Assembly: GCA_017461775.1 (NCBI GenBank)
Contig: JAFTXD010000156.1
Span: forward strand, 21,088-85,087
Source of the DNA: Lachnospiraceae bacterium
Lineage (GTDB): Bacteria; Bacillota; Clostridia; Lachnospirales; Lachnospiraceae
Length of the DNA stretch: 64,000 bases
Direction of reading: 5' to 3'
How positions within the stretch are numbered: position 1 is the first letter of the stretch; every line of letters begins with the position of its first letter. Positions 44,548-54,183 of this stretch are shown in pieces. The notes below the pieces were generated by a model. It was not told where the DNA came from, made no database searches, and saw only the letters and a program-made list of their open reading frames with translations. The position numbers and the translations under genes are program-made.

Positions 44548-44823
44548 ATGTCAGAGCAGGAAGTAACCATGATTTTAGCCAATAATCCCAATATTGTGCC
44601 GGTGCCGGTGATTGCATCCTTTAACAATAAAGGAGAGGTGATTCCGCTGTACTTTAGTGTGGAGGGATTGCGGCTTCGGATAGACCATTTACTTTATTCA
44701 AATAAGAAAACCTTGGATGTGACCAGCTACCGATGCGAGGTCACATTCTCCGACCGGGTACAGCAAATTACACTTAATTACCACAAGAATGTAGGGATAT
44801 GGACGTTAAATAAAATTTCATAG
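44548..44823 (+). CDS. Small LexA-regulated hypothetical protein
   Basis: AAGGAGG RBS; 91 aa, VPVIASF...GEVIPLYF...YRC...W. Confidence 0.75.
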   Translation: MSEQEVTMILANNPNIVPVPVIASFNNKGEVIPLYFSVEGLRLRIDHLLYSNKKTLDVTSYRCEVTFSDRVQQITLNYHKNVGIWTLNKIS

Positions 44824-44989
44824 GAATAAAATAGGGTAGAAAGGAATACTATATTAGTATAAAGAGGAATAGCATGGGGGAATGTTATGCTGGCGTTTAT
44901 TTTATATTTATGGAATTTGGTACAGAATACGGAGTGATAAGCAGGCCCCACGAGGTGAATCGTGGGGCGCTTTCATGCAGAGTATGGTA

Positions 44990-45463
44990 TTAGTTGGTAT
45001 TCTCAAATGTGATGTTCAGTCGCATTCCCAGACCTTCTGCCAGTCGATTCAAAGTCGCCAATGAAGGATTGCCGAGACCTCTTTCGATTTTGCTGATATC
45101 TGCCTGATAAATTCCAGTGGTTTCCGCCAATTGTTTTTGAGTGACATTAGCACTTTTTCTGGCCAGCAGTAGCTGATATGCCAGCAAGTGATTGATGCTT
45201 GGCTCCGGAAGATGTTCAATCAAGATACCATCCTCCCAGATGGTATCTGCATCCAAATCTAAATCGTCATTCCAGGATACTCCGTATCCGCCAATGTCTA
45301 CCCGGACATCGGTGAACAGCTCCATATCGTTCTCAAATTGTCGGAACTGTGGAAACTCCACAAAGAGCTTCTTAACATCATATTTCTTAACTTCACCACC
45401 TAAAAAACGGGTTTCAATAAAATAATCAGGCAATACTTTTACCGTTTCGATTCTGTGATACAT
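44990..45463 (-). CDS. DUF2442 + XRE HTH antitoxin-like protein
   Basis: VDIGGYGVSWNDDLDL followed by VTQKQLAETTGIYQADISKIERG. Confidence 0.85.
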   Translation of the reverse strand: MYHRIETVKVLPDYFIETRFLGGEVKKYDVKKLFVEFPQFRQFENDMELFTDVRVDIGGYGVSWNDDLDLDADTIWEDGILIEHLPEPSINHLLAYQLLLARKSANVTQKQLAETTGIYQADISKIERGLGNPSLATLNRLAEGLGMRLNITFENTN

Positions 45464-45477
45464 AATGCACCTCCTTA

Positions 45478-45732
45478 TTAAGCGGCCCAAGGGATTAATT
45501 CATACTTCTGGGTTTCCCACATTTCAATTAATCGTGTACTATTTTGCTGAATAAACGCTGCAATCATTTGTCGTTGCTTTGGGGGCAAATCTCCTTCAAA
45601 CATTTCTCCGGTTCGAATATCAAATAATCCAATATCGTTTCCATATATCGCATGTACGTGAGGTGGATTATGCTCCTTCTGCCGTAAGTACATTTTTATA
45701 GTAATACCATGAAATCTGGAAATTACAGGCAT
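45478..45732 (-). CDS. DUF4160 family toxin-like protein
   Basis: MPVISRFHGITIKMY...EHNPPHVHA. Confidence 0.88.
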   Translation of the reverse strand: MPVISRFHGITIKMYLRQKEHNPPHVHAIYGNDIGLFDIRTGEMFEGDLPPKQRQMIAAFIQQNSTRLIEMWETQKYELIPWAA

Positions 45733-45746
45733 AATACGCTCTCCTC

Positions 45747-45798
45747 TCTGTGTTTAACTTTCTAAACACAGAATATAGGATAAAAGCTATATTGTCAA
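45747..45798 (-). promoter_or_regulatory. Promoter/operators of the DUF4160-DUF2442 pair
   Basis: Minus strand TTGACA-17 bp-TATTCT; inverted repeats AATATAG/CTATATT and TCTGTGTTTA/TAAACACAGA. Confidence 0.6.
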
Positions 45799-45829
45799 GA
45801 GGTTTTTGAAAAATACTATATAAATATAT

Positions 45830-47260
45830 CTAAGAATATCCGATGCCTAATACGGTAAATTTCTTGGCTTCCTGTCCTTCACTCATCCGAATTTCCAGTA
45901 CATGGGGAGCGGCAGTCTCATCGTCCAGTAAAAGTACCGTGTCCGTATTGTTCCAGGCGCCCTTTAGATAGCCGTTTAGATCCATAATATAATTGTTGTC
46001 GATATATACGGAGGCTTTACCGAAGTCCTGGGAGATACTGAGTTTAAAGGTCAGCAGGATGTTTTTACAGGTGAGTTCCAGCGTTAAGCTTTCCGTGCCA
46101 TTTTCCGCAATATGATGCCAGTTGTCCGGGAAAGCGGCAGCAGTGGTCCGGGCAAAGGTCTGCAGAGCTGTATCCTGAGAAGAAAAGCTGCCTGGGGCGA
46201 CTACGGTGCCGGCACCGTCCTTGGAGGTGATAAGCCGCATTCCCCGGAAATCCGTACCATATACATCCGTTTCCGGTACAGGAGTGATAGGCAGGGAGGC
46301 ATCCTGTTCCGATACCCGTGTAAACAGTTCCGCTAAGCAGTCCGCTGTAATCTTGTGTCCATAATCAGTAGGATGGTAAATATCTGCAAAATACTCTCCA
46401 TCCGTCAATTGATTGGTGGCATAGGCAGTAGCAATGGCATCCTTGATGCTGACCATAGGCAGGCCGTAGTGCTCGCCAATAGGGATATAACGATCCTGTA
46501 AGTTCCACTTATTCTGGAATACAGAAAACAGCAGAATAACAGCGGTATCTTCATCGTTTTCCAGAATGGTACGAACCAGGCTTTCATAAGCGCGTCCATC
46601 CGTGGGCTCTTCGTAATCATTTACGGCAAATTCTAAAATGACCAGATCCGGATTTTCTCCAATCACATCTATCACATCTCTTTGATAGCGCATCAGGCCC
46701 AGCGTGGAAGGGGTACCGCCCAAACCGCTGTTGTGGTAATGGATGGCGGAGCAGGGATAGGTCTCCTGCAATGCATAAATAAACTGTTCGCCGTAAGAGT
46801 AGGAAAAATTCTGTGCTCCGGCGCCTTCGGTGATGGAGCCGCCATAGGCCAAGACGGTCACCTTTTCGCCATTTTGTATTTTTTCGATTACCTTTTCCAG
46901 ACGGCCGTTTGTACCGGTGGAAAGGATGGAGGTATTACGCATGTGCTGATACCAGTCGATATCTGCCGGGATACTTTCTGTGGGAGTATTGGTCGGTGCG
47001 GGAGTAAAATCCGGCACATGAGCAGGGGCATCCGTGACCACCACTATCGGCTTCGGTGAGGGAGTCGGTGTAGGAGACGGAGTTGGTGTCATGGCAGGAG
47101 TGGGCGTAGGCTCCGCAGTAGGTGTTGCAGTCAGAACCGGCGGAGCAGTAGGGATTTCTGTTATGGGTTCCTCCGGCTTAGGACCGGCAAAGAGGAAGAT
47201 GCCTATGATAAGCCAAATAAGGATGGCTATGATTAAAAATAAAAGTATTTTCTTTTTCAT
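45830..47260 (-). CDS. SGNH/GDSL hydrolase (carbohydrate esterase-like) with Pro/Thr linker
   Basis: N-terminal TM; PT repeats; GGSITEG, EFAVND and DIYHP motifs. Confidence 0.88.
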   Translation of the reverse strand: MKKKILLFLIIAILIWLIIGIFLFAGPKPEEPITEIPTAPPVLTATPTAEPTPTPAMTPTPSPTPTPSPKPIVVVTDAPAHVPDFTPAPTNTPTESIPADIDWYQHMRNTSILSTGTNGRLEKVIEKIQNGEKVTVLAYGGSITEGAGAQNFSYSYGEQFIYALQETYPCSAIHYHNSGLGGTPSTLGLMRYQRDVIDVIGENPDLVILEFAVNDYEEPTDGRAYESLVRTILENDEDTAVILLFSVFQNKWNLQDRYIPIGEHYGLPMVSIKDAIATAYATNQLTDGEYFADIYHPTDYGHKITADCLAELFTRVSEQDASLPITPVPETDVYGTDFRGMRLITSKDGAGTVVAPGSFSSQDTALQTFARTTAAAFPDNWHHIAENGTESLTLELTCKNILLTFKLSISQDFGKASVYIDNNYIMDLNGYLKGAWNNTDTVLLLDDETAAPHVLEIRMSEGQEAKKFTVLGIGYS

Positions 47261-47456
47261 GAGAATGGTCTCCGGTGAGTGTAAGCATACGTATGTGGTA
47301 ACTGTATCATGGGAAAGGAGAGGTTGTAAAATGAAAGATGGCGAAAAAGCCATGCCAGACTCGAAAATGCTGCGCATTTCCTCGTTGAACGGCTGGCGCC
47401 GTATAAAAATGCAATAATAAACGCTCCTACGAGTAAACTCGTGGAGCGTATTTTGA

Positions 47457-48152
47457 TTAGTAATCTTTTGACTTATGACAATCTACACATTTAAGCGAAA
47501 ATATTCCCTTAAGTACTCCACCACAATGACGACATCTTCCTTGATGCATATAAAACCATTCGTTTAATTGTTTGACAAAAATGTGTTCCTGCAGATGAAC
47601 ATTATTACGAGATGGTTTATAAATGTAGTCATAGTAGTCATCAGAAAAGTTGGGGTTGTCCAAATCAGATATAAAACGTTTATAAGTATTGGGTAAAGAT
47701 AAATATTCCTCCCAAAGAGCGTTTGAGTGAGTTATCAATTCTTCTTTCTTCTTGTTATCATCACAGAGTTTTACTGCGGTTTCAACCAAATCATTTAAAC
47801 CCACAAAGCCGCTCAAATGATGATATGTATTGTTTGTTATGTTGGCTGTAAGAGTTGTTTCAAATGCTCTATACCAAACAATGTAATCGTCGGGATAATC
47901 TTTTTGAAGAGTTGCATAAATGCGCCATGCTTCATCGTATTTGTTTAGTTTAGTAAAAGTTTCAGCATTATTGAGAAGGCGTTCTTTTTCGTTTGGACCG
48001 TGAATGATTTCTACAACACCCTTTATCTCCTGTACTTTCACTCGTAGGCGTTCGGTACGATATTGTACGCCACAATAATCACAAACCGCAAAATCGCCGT
48101 TTTCATTCATTGTTAATGTTCCATCACAAAGATCGCATTTTAAAGGTTGCAT
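47457..48152 (-). CDS. Zn-ribbon / TPR-like hypothetical protein
   Basis: CDLC...CDYCG at the N-terminus and CRHC...CVDC at the C-terminus; AT-rich. Confidence 0.7.
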   Translation of the reverse strand: MQPLKCDLCDGTLTMNENGDFAVCDYCGVQYRTERLRVKVQEIKGVVEIIHGPNEKERLLNNAETFTKLNKYDEAWRIYATLQKDYPDDYIVWYRAFETTLTANITNNTYHHLSGFVGLNDLVETAVKLCDDNKKKEELITHSNALWEEYLSLPNTYKRFISDLDNPNFSDDYYDYIYKPSRNNVHLQEHIFVKQLNEWFYMHQGRCRHCGGVLKGIFSLKCVDCHKSKDY

Positions 48153-48277
48153 AATAATCACCTCTTCTACATTTTACGATTTTATACTAGCATAGAAAAA
48201 TAAAGCCGTCAACGCATGCCCGAAATAACAAAGAGAGTAGCATTGCTACTCTCTTTCGACTTGACAAAGGTGTACTT

Positions 48278-48820
48278 TTAGCTGAAGTAACGCTTTAAGA
48301 GTCCTTCAAATGCTTTTCCGTGGCGGGCTTCGTCGCGTGCCATTTCATGCACGGTATCATGGATAGCGTCAAGATTTAATTCCTTTGCTCTCTTTGCTAA
48401 ATCGAACTTACCAGCGGTAGCGCCATTCTCAGCATCAACTCTCATCTCCAGGTTCTTCTTGGTAGAAGGGGTAACTACTTCGCCAAGTAACTCAGCGAAT
48501 TTTGCTGCATGCTCAGCCTCTTCCCAAGCAGCCTTTTCCCAGTATAAACCGATTTCAGGATAACCTTCTCTGTGAGCTACTCTAGCCATCGCAAGATACA
48601 TACCAACTTCTGAACATTCGCCTTCGAAGTTTGCTCTAAGGTCAGCAATGATGTCTTCTCTTACACCCTGTGCCACGCCTACTACGTGCTCAGCTGCCCA
48701 TACCTTTTCGCCAGCCATTTCATTGAATTTTTCAGCAGGAACGCCACAAATAGGGCACTTGTCAGGAGCTGCATCTCCTTCATGAACATAACCACATACG
48801 CTGCATACATACTTACTCAT
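48278..48820 (-). CDS. Reverse rubrerythrin (NADH peroxidase)
   Basis: N-terminal rubredoxin CSVCGY...CPICG; EEAEHA and DEARHG diiron motifs. Confidence 0.93.
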   Translation of the reverse strand: MSKYVCSVCGYVHEGDAAPDKCPICGVPAEKFNEMAGEKVWAAEHVVGVAQGVREDIIADLRANFEGECSEVGMYLAMARVAHREGYPEIGLYWEKAAWEEAEHAAKFAELLGEVVTPSTKKNLEMRVDAENGATAGKFDLAKRAKELNLDAIHDTVHEMARDEARHGKAFEGLLKRYFS

Positions 48821-48864
48821 AATTGTTGTCTCCTTTTCTTAAATAAATTATTGTTTGTTAGTGT

Positions 48865-49266
48865 TTACAAATTGTTTTCGTTGCATACATTGCAACAGGA
48901 TTTACATTTTCCGTAAAAGTAGGTGACACATCCGGTAATTTCTCCGTCGAAGTTCTGACCGGCGATACCGCAGGTATCGGGTAGAGCGTCCACATCCAGG
49001 TCAATTACACTGCCACACTCTTTACAGATGAAGTGATAGTGCTGGGAGGTATCTGCGTCAAAATGGTCCACGCCGTCTCCCATGCGAATTCTTTGAATCT
49101 CACCGATTTCTGCAAGCAAGGTAAGATTGCGGTACACTGTACCTAAGCTGATGTTGGGATTCTCCTTACGGACATTCATATATACCACATCTGCCGTGGG
49201 ATGGTCCTTACGCGTCATAAGGAATTGCATGATTTGCTCGCGCTGTTTGCTTCTCTTCAGTGCCAT
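48865..49266 (-). CDS. perR: Peroxide-responsive repressor (Fur family)
   Basis: HPTAD, SLGTVYRNL, HYHFICKECG; directly upstream of reverse rubrerythrin. Confidence 0.82.
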   Translation of the reverse strand: MALKRSKQREQIMQFLMTRKDHPTADVVYMNVRKENPNISLGTVYRNLTLLAEIGEIQRIRMGDGVDHFDADTSQHYHFICKECGSVIDLDVDALPDTCGIAGQNFDGEITGCVTYFYGKCKSCCNVCNENNL

Positions 49267-49285
49267 CTTTGTTTCCTTTCTTGAA

Positions 49286-49335
49286 ATCAGTAACGATTAC
49301 TAATATTAATATATCACAACTTTGTAAAATGTCAA
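49286..49335 (-). promoter_or_regulatory. perR promoter with PerR-like box
   Basis: Minus strand TTGACA...TGATATATT, followed by near-palindromic TAGTAATCGTTACTG. Confidence 0.6.
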
Positions 49336-49464
49336 TACACTTTTTGAGGAAATTTTTTCATATTTTTTTTATAAGATTATTCTTTCTTATTTATACATGT
49401 TTGGGCAGGATATGATAAAATATGGTAAGATATAATATGTAAGTATTCGGAGGGAGGGAACCTT

Positions 49465-50604
49465 GTGAAGTTTAAAACCAGATTAGTAGTAACCTTTGTG
49501 ACGATTATTGCCATCCCGCTGGTGTTATGTGCGATAGCGTTCCTTGTTATCAGTATTTATCTGATGAATGTGCGGAACGGATATCCGGTGAAGGAGCTGG
49601 ATTATTCGTTGATTACAAAGATTAATATGCTGGTATCCCACCAGCTTTTGATAGATATGATTATTGCCATGATTCTGATCCTCATATTTACGGGCTGGCT
49701 TTTGACCCGCTGGATTCAGAAGAGTGTGTTCAATCCTTTAAGTCAGCTAAATGTGGCCATGACCAAGATTAAGGAAGGAGACTTCGATTATACTCTGCAG
49801 ACCGATGCGAAAGGGGAAATCGGTGATTTATACCGGAATTACGAGGACATGCGGCTAAGGCTGAAGGAGTCCACGGAGGAGAATGCCCAGCACGAGAAGC
49901 AGAACCGGGAATTAATCAGTAATATTTCCCACGATTTGAAAACACCCATTACCGCGATTAAGGGATATGTGGAGGGCATTTTGGATGGTGTGGCGGATAC
50001 CCCGGAGAAGAAGGACAAGTATCTGCGTACCATATATAATAAGGCCACAGACATGCAGAGGTTGATTAACGAGCTGACGGTGTACTCCAATGTGGAGAAC
50101 AATCGTATTCCTTACAATTTTCACCAGATTAATGTGGCGGACTATTTCCGGGATTGTGTGGAAGAAGTGGGCATGGATTTGGAAAATCGCAACATCCGGC
50201 TGGATTATTCCAATCTGGTGAGCAGTGATACTATCATTATTGCGGACCCAGAGCAGATGAAGAAGGTCATTAATAATATCATCAGCAACAGTGTAAAATA
50301 TATGGATAAGAAGAATGGTGAAATCGATATCCGCATTCTGGACGAGTTGGATTCTGTGCGAATTGAGATTGAGGATAATGGTAAGGGAATCGCCCAGAAG
50401 GATTTATCCAAGATATTTGACCGGTTTTACCGTACGGATGCATCCCGTAATTCCATGCAGGGCGGCAGTGGCATCGGTTTATCCATTGTAAAGAAAATCA
50501 TTGAAGACCATGGTGGATACATATGGGCAACCAGTAGAGAGGGTGAAGGCACCTGTATTCACTTTGTAATAAGAAAATATAAAGAACTGACACCGAATTC
50601 GTAA
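49465..50604 (+). CDS. HAMP-containing sensor histidine kinase
   Basis: SHDLKTP H-box; NSVKY, DNGKGI and GSGIGL motifs. Confidence 0.95.
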   Translation: MKFKTRLVVTFVTIIAIPLVLCAIAFLVISIYLMNVRNGYPVKELDYSLITKINMLVSHQLLIDMIIAMILILIFTGWLLTRWIQKSVFNPLSQLNVAMTKIKEGDFDYTLQTDAKGEIGDLYRNYEDMRLRLKESTEENAQHEKQNRELISNISHDLKTPITAIKGYVEGILDGVADTPEKKDKYLRTIYNKATDMQRLINELTVYSNVENNRIPYNFHQINVADYFRDCVEEVGMDLENRNIRLDYSNLVSSDTIIIADPEQMKKVINNIISNSVKYMDKKNGEIDIRILDELDSVRIEIEDNGKGIAQKDLSKIFDRFYRTDASRNSMQGGSGIGLSIVKKIIEDHGGYIWATSREGEGTCIHFVIRKYKELTPNS

Positions 50605-50621
50605 TGTGGAGGAAATAGAAA

Positions 50622-51314
50622 ATGAGTAAGATTTTAATTATTGAAGATGAAGTTGCAATTGCAGAGTTAGAAAAGGATTATTTAGAGCTTAGTGATTTTG
50701 AAGTGGAGACCAGACATACCGGAGATGAGGGGCTGCAAGCAGCTCTTGCGGGGGATTTTGACCTTGTGATTCTGGATCTGATGCTTCCGGGTATGGATGG
50801 TTTTGAAGTGTGCAAGAAGATTCGTCAGGAGAAGAATATCCCGATTCTCATGGTTTCTGCAAAAAAGGATGATATTGACAAAATCAGAGGACTGGGCCTG
50901 GGTGCGGATGACTATATGACCAAGCCGTTTAGTCCCAGCGAGCTGGTTGCCCGTGTAAAGGCACACATGGCCCGTTATGAGAGATTGGTAGGTGCCGGAC
51001 AAAAAGCCCAGAACGATATCGTAGAGATTCGCGGTATCCGCATTGATAAGACGGCACGCCGTGTCTATATAAACGGCGAAGAGAGAAATTTTACTACCAA
51101 GGAATTTGACCTGCTGACCTTCCTTGCCGAGAATCCCAATCACGTATATACTAAGGAAGAGCTCTTCCGCGAAATCTGGGATATGGACTCCATCGGCGAT
51201 ATCGCCACCGTAACCGTGCATATCAAGAAAATCCGTGAGAAAATTGAGCCGGATACTGCGAAACCACAGTATATTGAGACTATCTGGGGTGTGGGCTACC
51301 GCTTTAAAATTTAG
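50622..51314 (+). CDS. OmpR family response regulator
   Basis: LDLMLPGMDG, GADDYMTKPF and IETIWGVGY. Confidence 0.95.
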   Translation: MSKILIIEDEVAIAELEKDYLELSDFEVETRHTGDEGLQAALAGDFDLVILDLMLPGMDGFEVCKKIRQEKNIPILMVSAKKDDIDKIRGLGLGADDYMTKPFSPSELVARVKAHMARYERLVGAGQKAQNDIVEIRGIRIDKTARRVYINGEERNFTTKEFDLLTFLAENPNHVYTKEELFREIWDMDSIGDIATVTVHIKKIREKIEPDTAKPQYIETIWGVGYRFKI

Positions 51315-51323
51315 GAGCTTTCA

Positions 51324-51989
51324 ATGAAAACAGAAATACTATACGAAGATGATACCATACTGGTCATAAAAAAGCCCGCCGGGCTTGCCACCCAGACTTC
51401 GAAAATTGGGGAGCAGGATGTGGTCAGTGAGTTGAAAAAATACCTGGCAGAGTCCGGGAAGAAGAATCCGTACATTGGTGTAGTACACCGCTTGGACCAG
51501 CCGGTGGAAGGACTGCTTGTTTTCGCCAAGAGCAAGGAGGCGGCCGCCGGGCTCACAAAGCAGCTTAGCGCCGGTAACTTAAATAAGCGTTATTATGCGC
51601 TGGTCTGTGGAAAACCTGCCGCAAACGAAGGAGAGTTGGTGGATTACCTTGTAAAGGAAGGTAATATTGCAAAGGTGGTGCCAGAGTCTGCGCCAGACGC
51701 GAAGAAAGCAGTTCTTCAATATAAAGTAGTAAAGACCATGCCCGAGGGGGTGGCTCTGTTGGATATCCGTATTGATACCGGTCGTTTTCACCAGATTCGC
51801 GCCCAGATGTCCCATGCGGGGATGCCGCTGCTGGGAGATACCAAGTATGGGAGTGAGGCATCCATAGCATTTAGCCGGGAGGTGGGTGTAAGACAGGTGG
51901 CATTATATGCGTATGAACTGGAGTTTAAGCACCCCATTACCAAAAAAGCAATGCATTATGAATTGCAGCCGGAGAGTTTTCGCCATTAA
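51324..51989 (+). CDS. RluA family pseudouridine synthase
   Basis: KPAG, HRLD, TGRFHQIR and LLGDTKYG motifs. Confidence 0.92.
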   Translation: MKTEILYEDDTILVIKKPAGLATQTSKIGEQDVVSELKKYLAESGKKNPYIGVVHRLDQPVEGLLVFAKSKEAAAGLTKQLSAGNLNKRYYALVCGKPAANEGELVDYLVKEGNIAKVVPESAPDAKKAVLQYKVVKTMPEGVALLDIRIDTGRFHQIRAQMSHAGMPLLGDTKYGSEASIAFSREVGVRQVALYAYELEFKHPITKKAMHYELQPESFRH

Positions 51990-52164
51990 AGAATACATCG
52001 TTTAAAAATCTTCGGCGTATCGTCAGAAACGACAGAATCACTATAAAAAACGTTAAAACGAAGAAATATTTAGCGAAAATTGAATTGTCAACAGAAAAAA
52101 ATTGTGATAATGTTTTTATGTTAAGAAACGTTAACACAAACCCTATACGGAGGAATGATTCAAA

Positions 52165-52848
52165 ATGGAAAAGATTTATGAAGGTAAAACTAAAGACGTT
52201 TACAAACTTGAAAATGGCAACGTAATGTTAAAGTTTAAGGATGACTGTACCGGTAAAGACGGTGTATTCGATCCGGGTGAGAACTCTGTTGGATTAACTA
52301 TCGAAGGTATCGGTAAGGCAAACTTACAGACTTCTATTCATTATTTTGAATTACTTAAGGAAGCTGGCATCAAGACCCACTATGTAGGTGCAAATCTTGA
52401 GGATGCTACCATGGAAGTTCTTCCTGCAACCGTATTTGGTCATGGTTTAGAGGTAATCTGCCGTCTCGTTGCAACCGGAAGCTTCATCCGCAGATATGGC
52501 GAGTACATTGCAGATGGTACTGTATTAGAAGGTGGCTATGTTGAGTGTACCTTCAAGAATGACGCTTTAGGTGATCCTCTTGTAACCGGCGAAGGTCTTG
52601 CAGCACTTGGCGTTATGACTCCTGCTATGTTCGAGAGCATGAAGGAGCAGACCTTAAAGATTACCAAGATTGTAGCTGACGACTTAAAGACCCTTGGTCT
52701 TGACCTTTGGGATATCAAGTTTGAGTTTGGTTACAACAACGATGAAGTAATCCTTATCGATGAAATTGCATCCGGTAACATGCGTGTTTACAAGGATGGC
52801 AAGATTGTTGACCCTGTAGAATTAACCAAGATTATCAACAATCGCTAA
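52165..52848 (+). CDS. purC: SAICAR synthetase
   Basis: [21 protein letters not shown] and DIKFEFG...DEI. Confidence 0.88.
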   Translation: MEKIYEGKTKDVYKLENGNVMLKFKDDCTGKDGVFDPGENSVGLTIEGIGKANLQTSIHYFELLKEAGIKTHYVGANLEDATMEVLPATVFGHGLEVICRLVATGSFIRRYGEYIADGTVLEGGYVECTFKNDALGDPLVTGEGLAALGVMTPAMFESMKEQTLKITKIVADDLKTLGLDLWDIKFEFGYNNDEVILIDEIASGNMRVYKDGKIVDPVELTKIINNR

Positions 52849-52863
52849 TAAAAGCAAATTAAT

Positions 52864-52892
52864 AGGCCGCTTCCCTGATGGGAGGCGGCCTT
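52864..52892. terminator. Terminator hairpin between convergent genes
   Basis: AGGCCGCTTCC...GGAGGCGGCCT. Confidence 0.7.
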
Positions 52893-52939
52893 ATCTGTTG
52901 CCAGGCAACTTCTATTTACTGTCTTAGGGGAGGCGACCA

Positions 52940-53278
52940 TTATTTGGGTCTGACAGTAAGATTGGTAATTAATCCGTCTTCATCCACGTTGCGTACGGTA
53001 GCGATTGCCATGATATTGTAGCCACCGAAGTTGGCAATGAACTCTGCCTGAGTGTCGTTTACCACCTCAGCCTCTGCGATGGAGTACTGACGGAAGCCGA
53101 ACTTGTTGCGGAAGAACATGTTGATGGCTTCCTTTCCATAGATGTGGTACTCTCTCTGGGAAGCAGAATTAGTACAGTAATCGCAGATGACACCATCTGC
53201 GGAGAAAAGCTCTGCAAGGCCTGCAAAATCTTTATTTTCCATTTTTTCTACATATTTTTCAATTGGTCTCATATCCAT
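52940..53278 (-). CDS. NTF2/SnoaL-like (ketosteroid isomerase-like) protein
   Basis: EKYVEKMENKDFAGLAELFSADGVICD, GKEAI..FF and DEDGLIT patterns. Confidence 0.78.
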   Translation of the reverse strand: MDMRPIEKYVEKMENKDFAGLAELFSADGVICDYCTNSASQREYHIYGKEAINMFFRNKFGFRQYSIAEAEVVNDTQAEFIANFGGYNIMAIATVRNVDEDGLITNLTVRPK

Positions 53279-53286
53279 ACTCCTCC

Positions 53287-54075
53287 TTAATATACCTTCT
53301 CAGAATTTAAAAGTGCATCGGTTCCGCCGTCTACGAACATAATGTTACCGTTTACGCCTCTTGCAGCGCTGGAAGAAAGGAAGACCATTACTTCTGCGAT
53401 TTCTTCCGGGTCCATGAGACATTCCTGACCGTACTTGGTAGGGATAGGAAGTGCATTTAATGCCATTTTTGCGGAAGTGCTCATGGTTGCAGTCATGGCG
53501 GTGTGTACGTTACCGGGAGCTACTGCGTTGATACGCACGCCGTTTGCTGCCCAGGAAGAAGCTACACGTCTTACCCATCTTGCCAGAGCATACTTTGTAG
53601 ATACATAAAGGCTGTTGCCTACGGATAAATTAGTCTCATCCATTGCAGATACCAGACTAAGGACCCTCTTCTCATCACCAATGTTATTCAGTAAATCTAC
53701 GATATCCTTACGTCCGGCACCCTGGGAAATAGTGTTGGATACGGTTACTACACAGCTGCCGCCTTTCTTCTTTAAAAGGTCATACACACCCTTGGCTACA
53801 GCCACGGTTCCAAAATAATTTAAAGAAATAATCAGCGGGAGATTTCCGCAGGCACCGGATACTCCTGCATTACAAATCATACCGTCCAGACCTTCGGGAT
53901 GCAGCTCGTGCAGCTTATCGATAGCCTCCTGTCTTCCTTCCGGGGAAGCTAAGTTTACACAGATATCGCCACCCTTTAAGTCGATATTGATTACTTCATG
54001 TCCTCTTTCTAATAAAAGCTCTTTTGTTTTTGCTCCGATACCACTGGAAGCACCTGTAATTGCATATACACCCAT
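53287..54075 (-). CDS. SDR oxidoreductase resembling 3-alpha-hydroxysteroid dehydrogenase/carbonyl reductase
   Basis: [26 protein letters not shown] and VDGGTDA motifs; GGAGGAG RBS. Confidence 0.85.
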   Translation of the reverse strand: MGVYAITGASSGIGAKTKELLLERGHEVINIDLKGGDICVNLASPEGRQEAIDKLHELHPEGLDGMICNAGVSGACGNLPLIISLNYFGTVAVAKGVYDLLKKKGGSCVVTVSNTISQGAGRKDIVDLLNNIGDEKRVLSLVSAMDETNLSVGNSLYVSTKYALARWVRRVASSWAANGVRINAVAPGNVHTAMTATMSTSAKMALNALPIPTKYGQECLMDPEEIAEVMVFLSSSAARGVNGNIMFVDGGTDALLNSEKVY

Positions 54076-54183
54076 TTGTTTCTCCTCCTCTATACAATGC
54101 TTGTGTTTTGCTGTTAAGTCCAGTATAATCAAAACTGATATCTTATAAATAACCAAAATGGATAAAAATGAGGATACCAGATT

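Noticed and set aside
47030-47160. GT-rich quasi-repeat and + strand ORF 47034-47417
   Set aside because: Explained by the Pro/Thr linker codons of the minus-strand SGNH hydrolase
51990-52164. Purine or ZTP riboswitch upstream of purC
   Set aside because: No aptamer consensus or terminator seen; only AAACGAA/AACGTTAA motifs that might be PurR-type boxes, too weak to call
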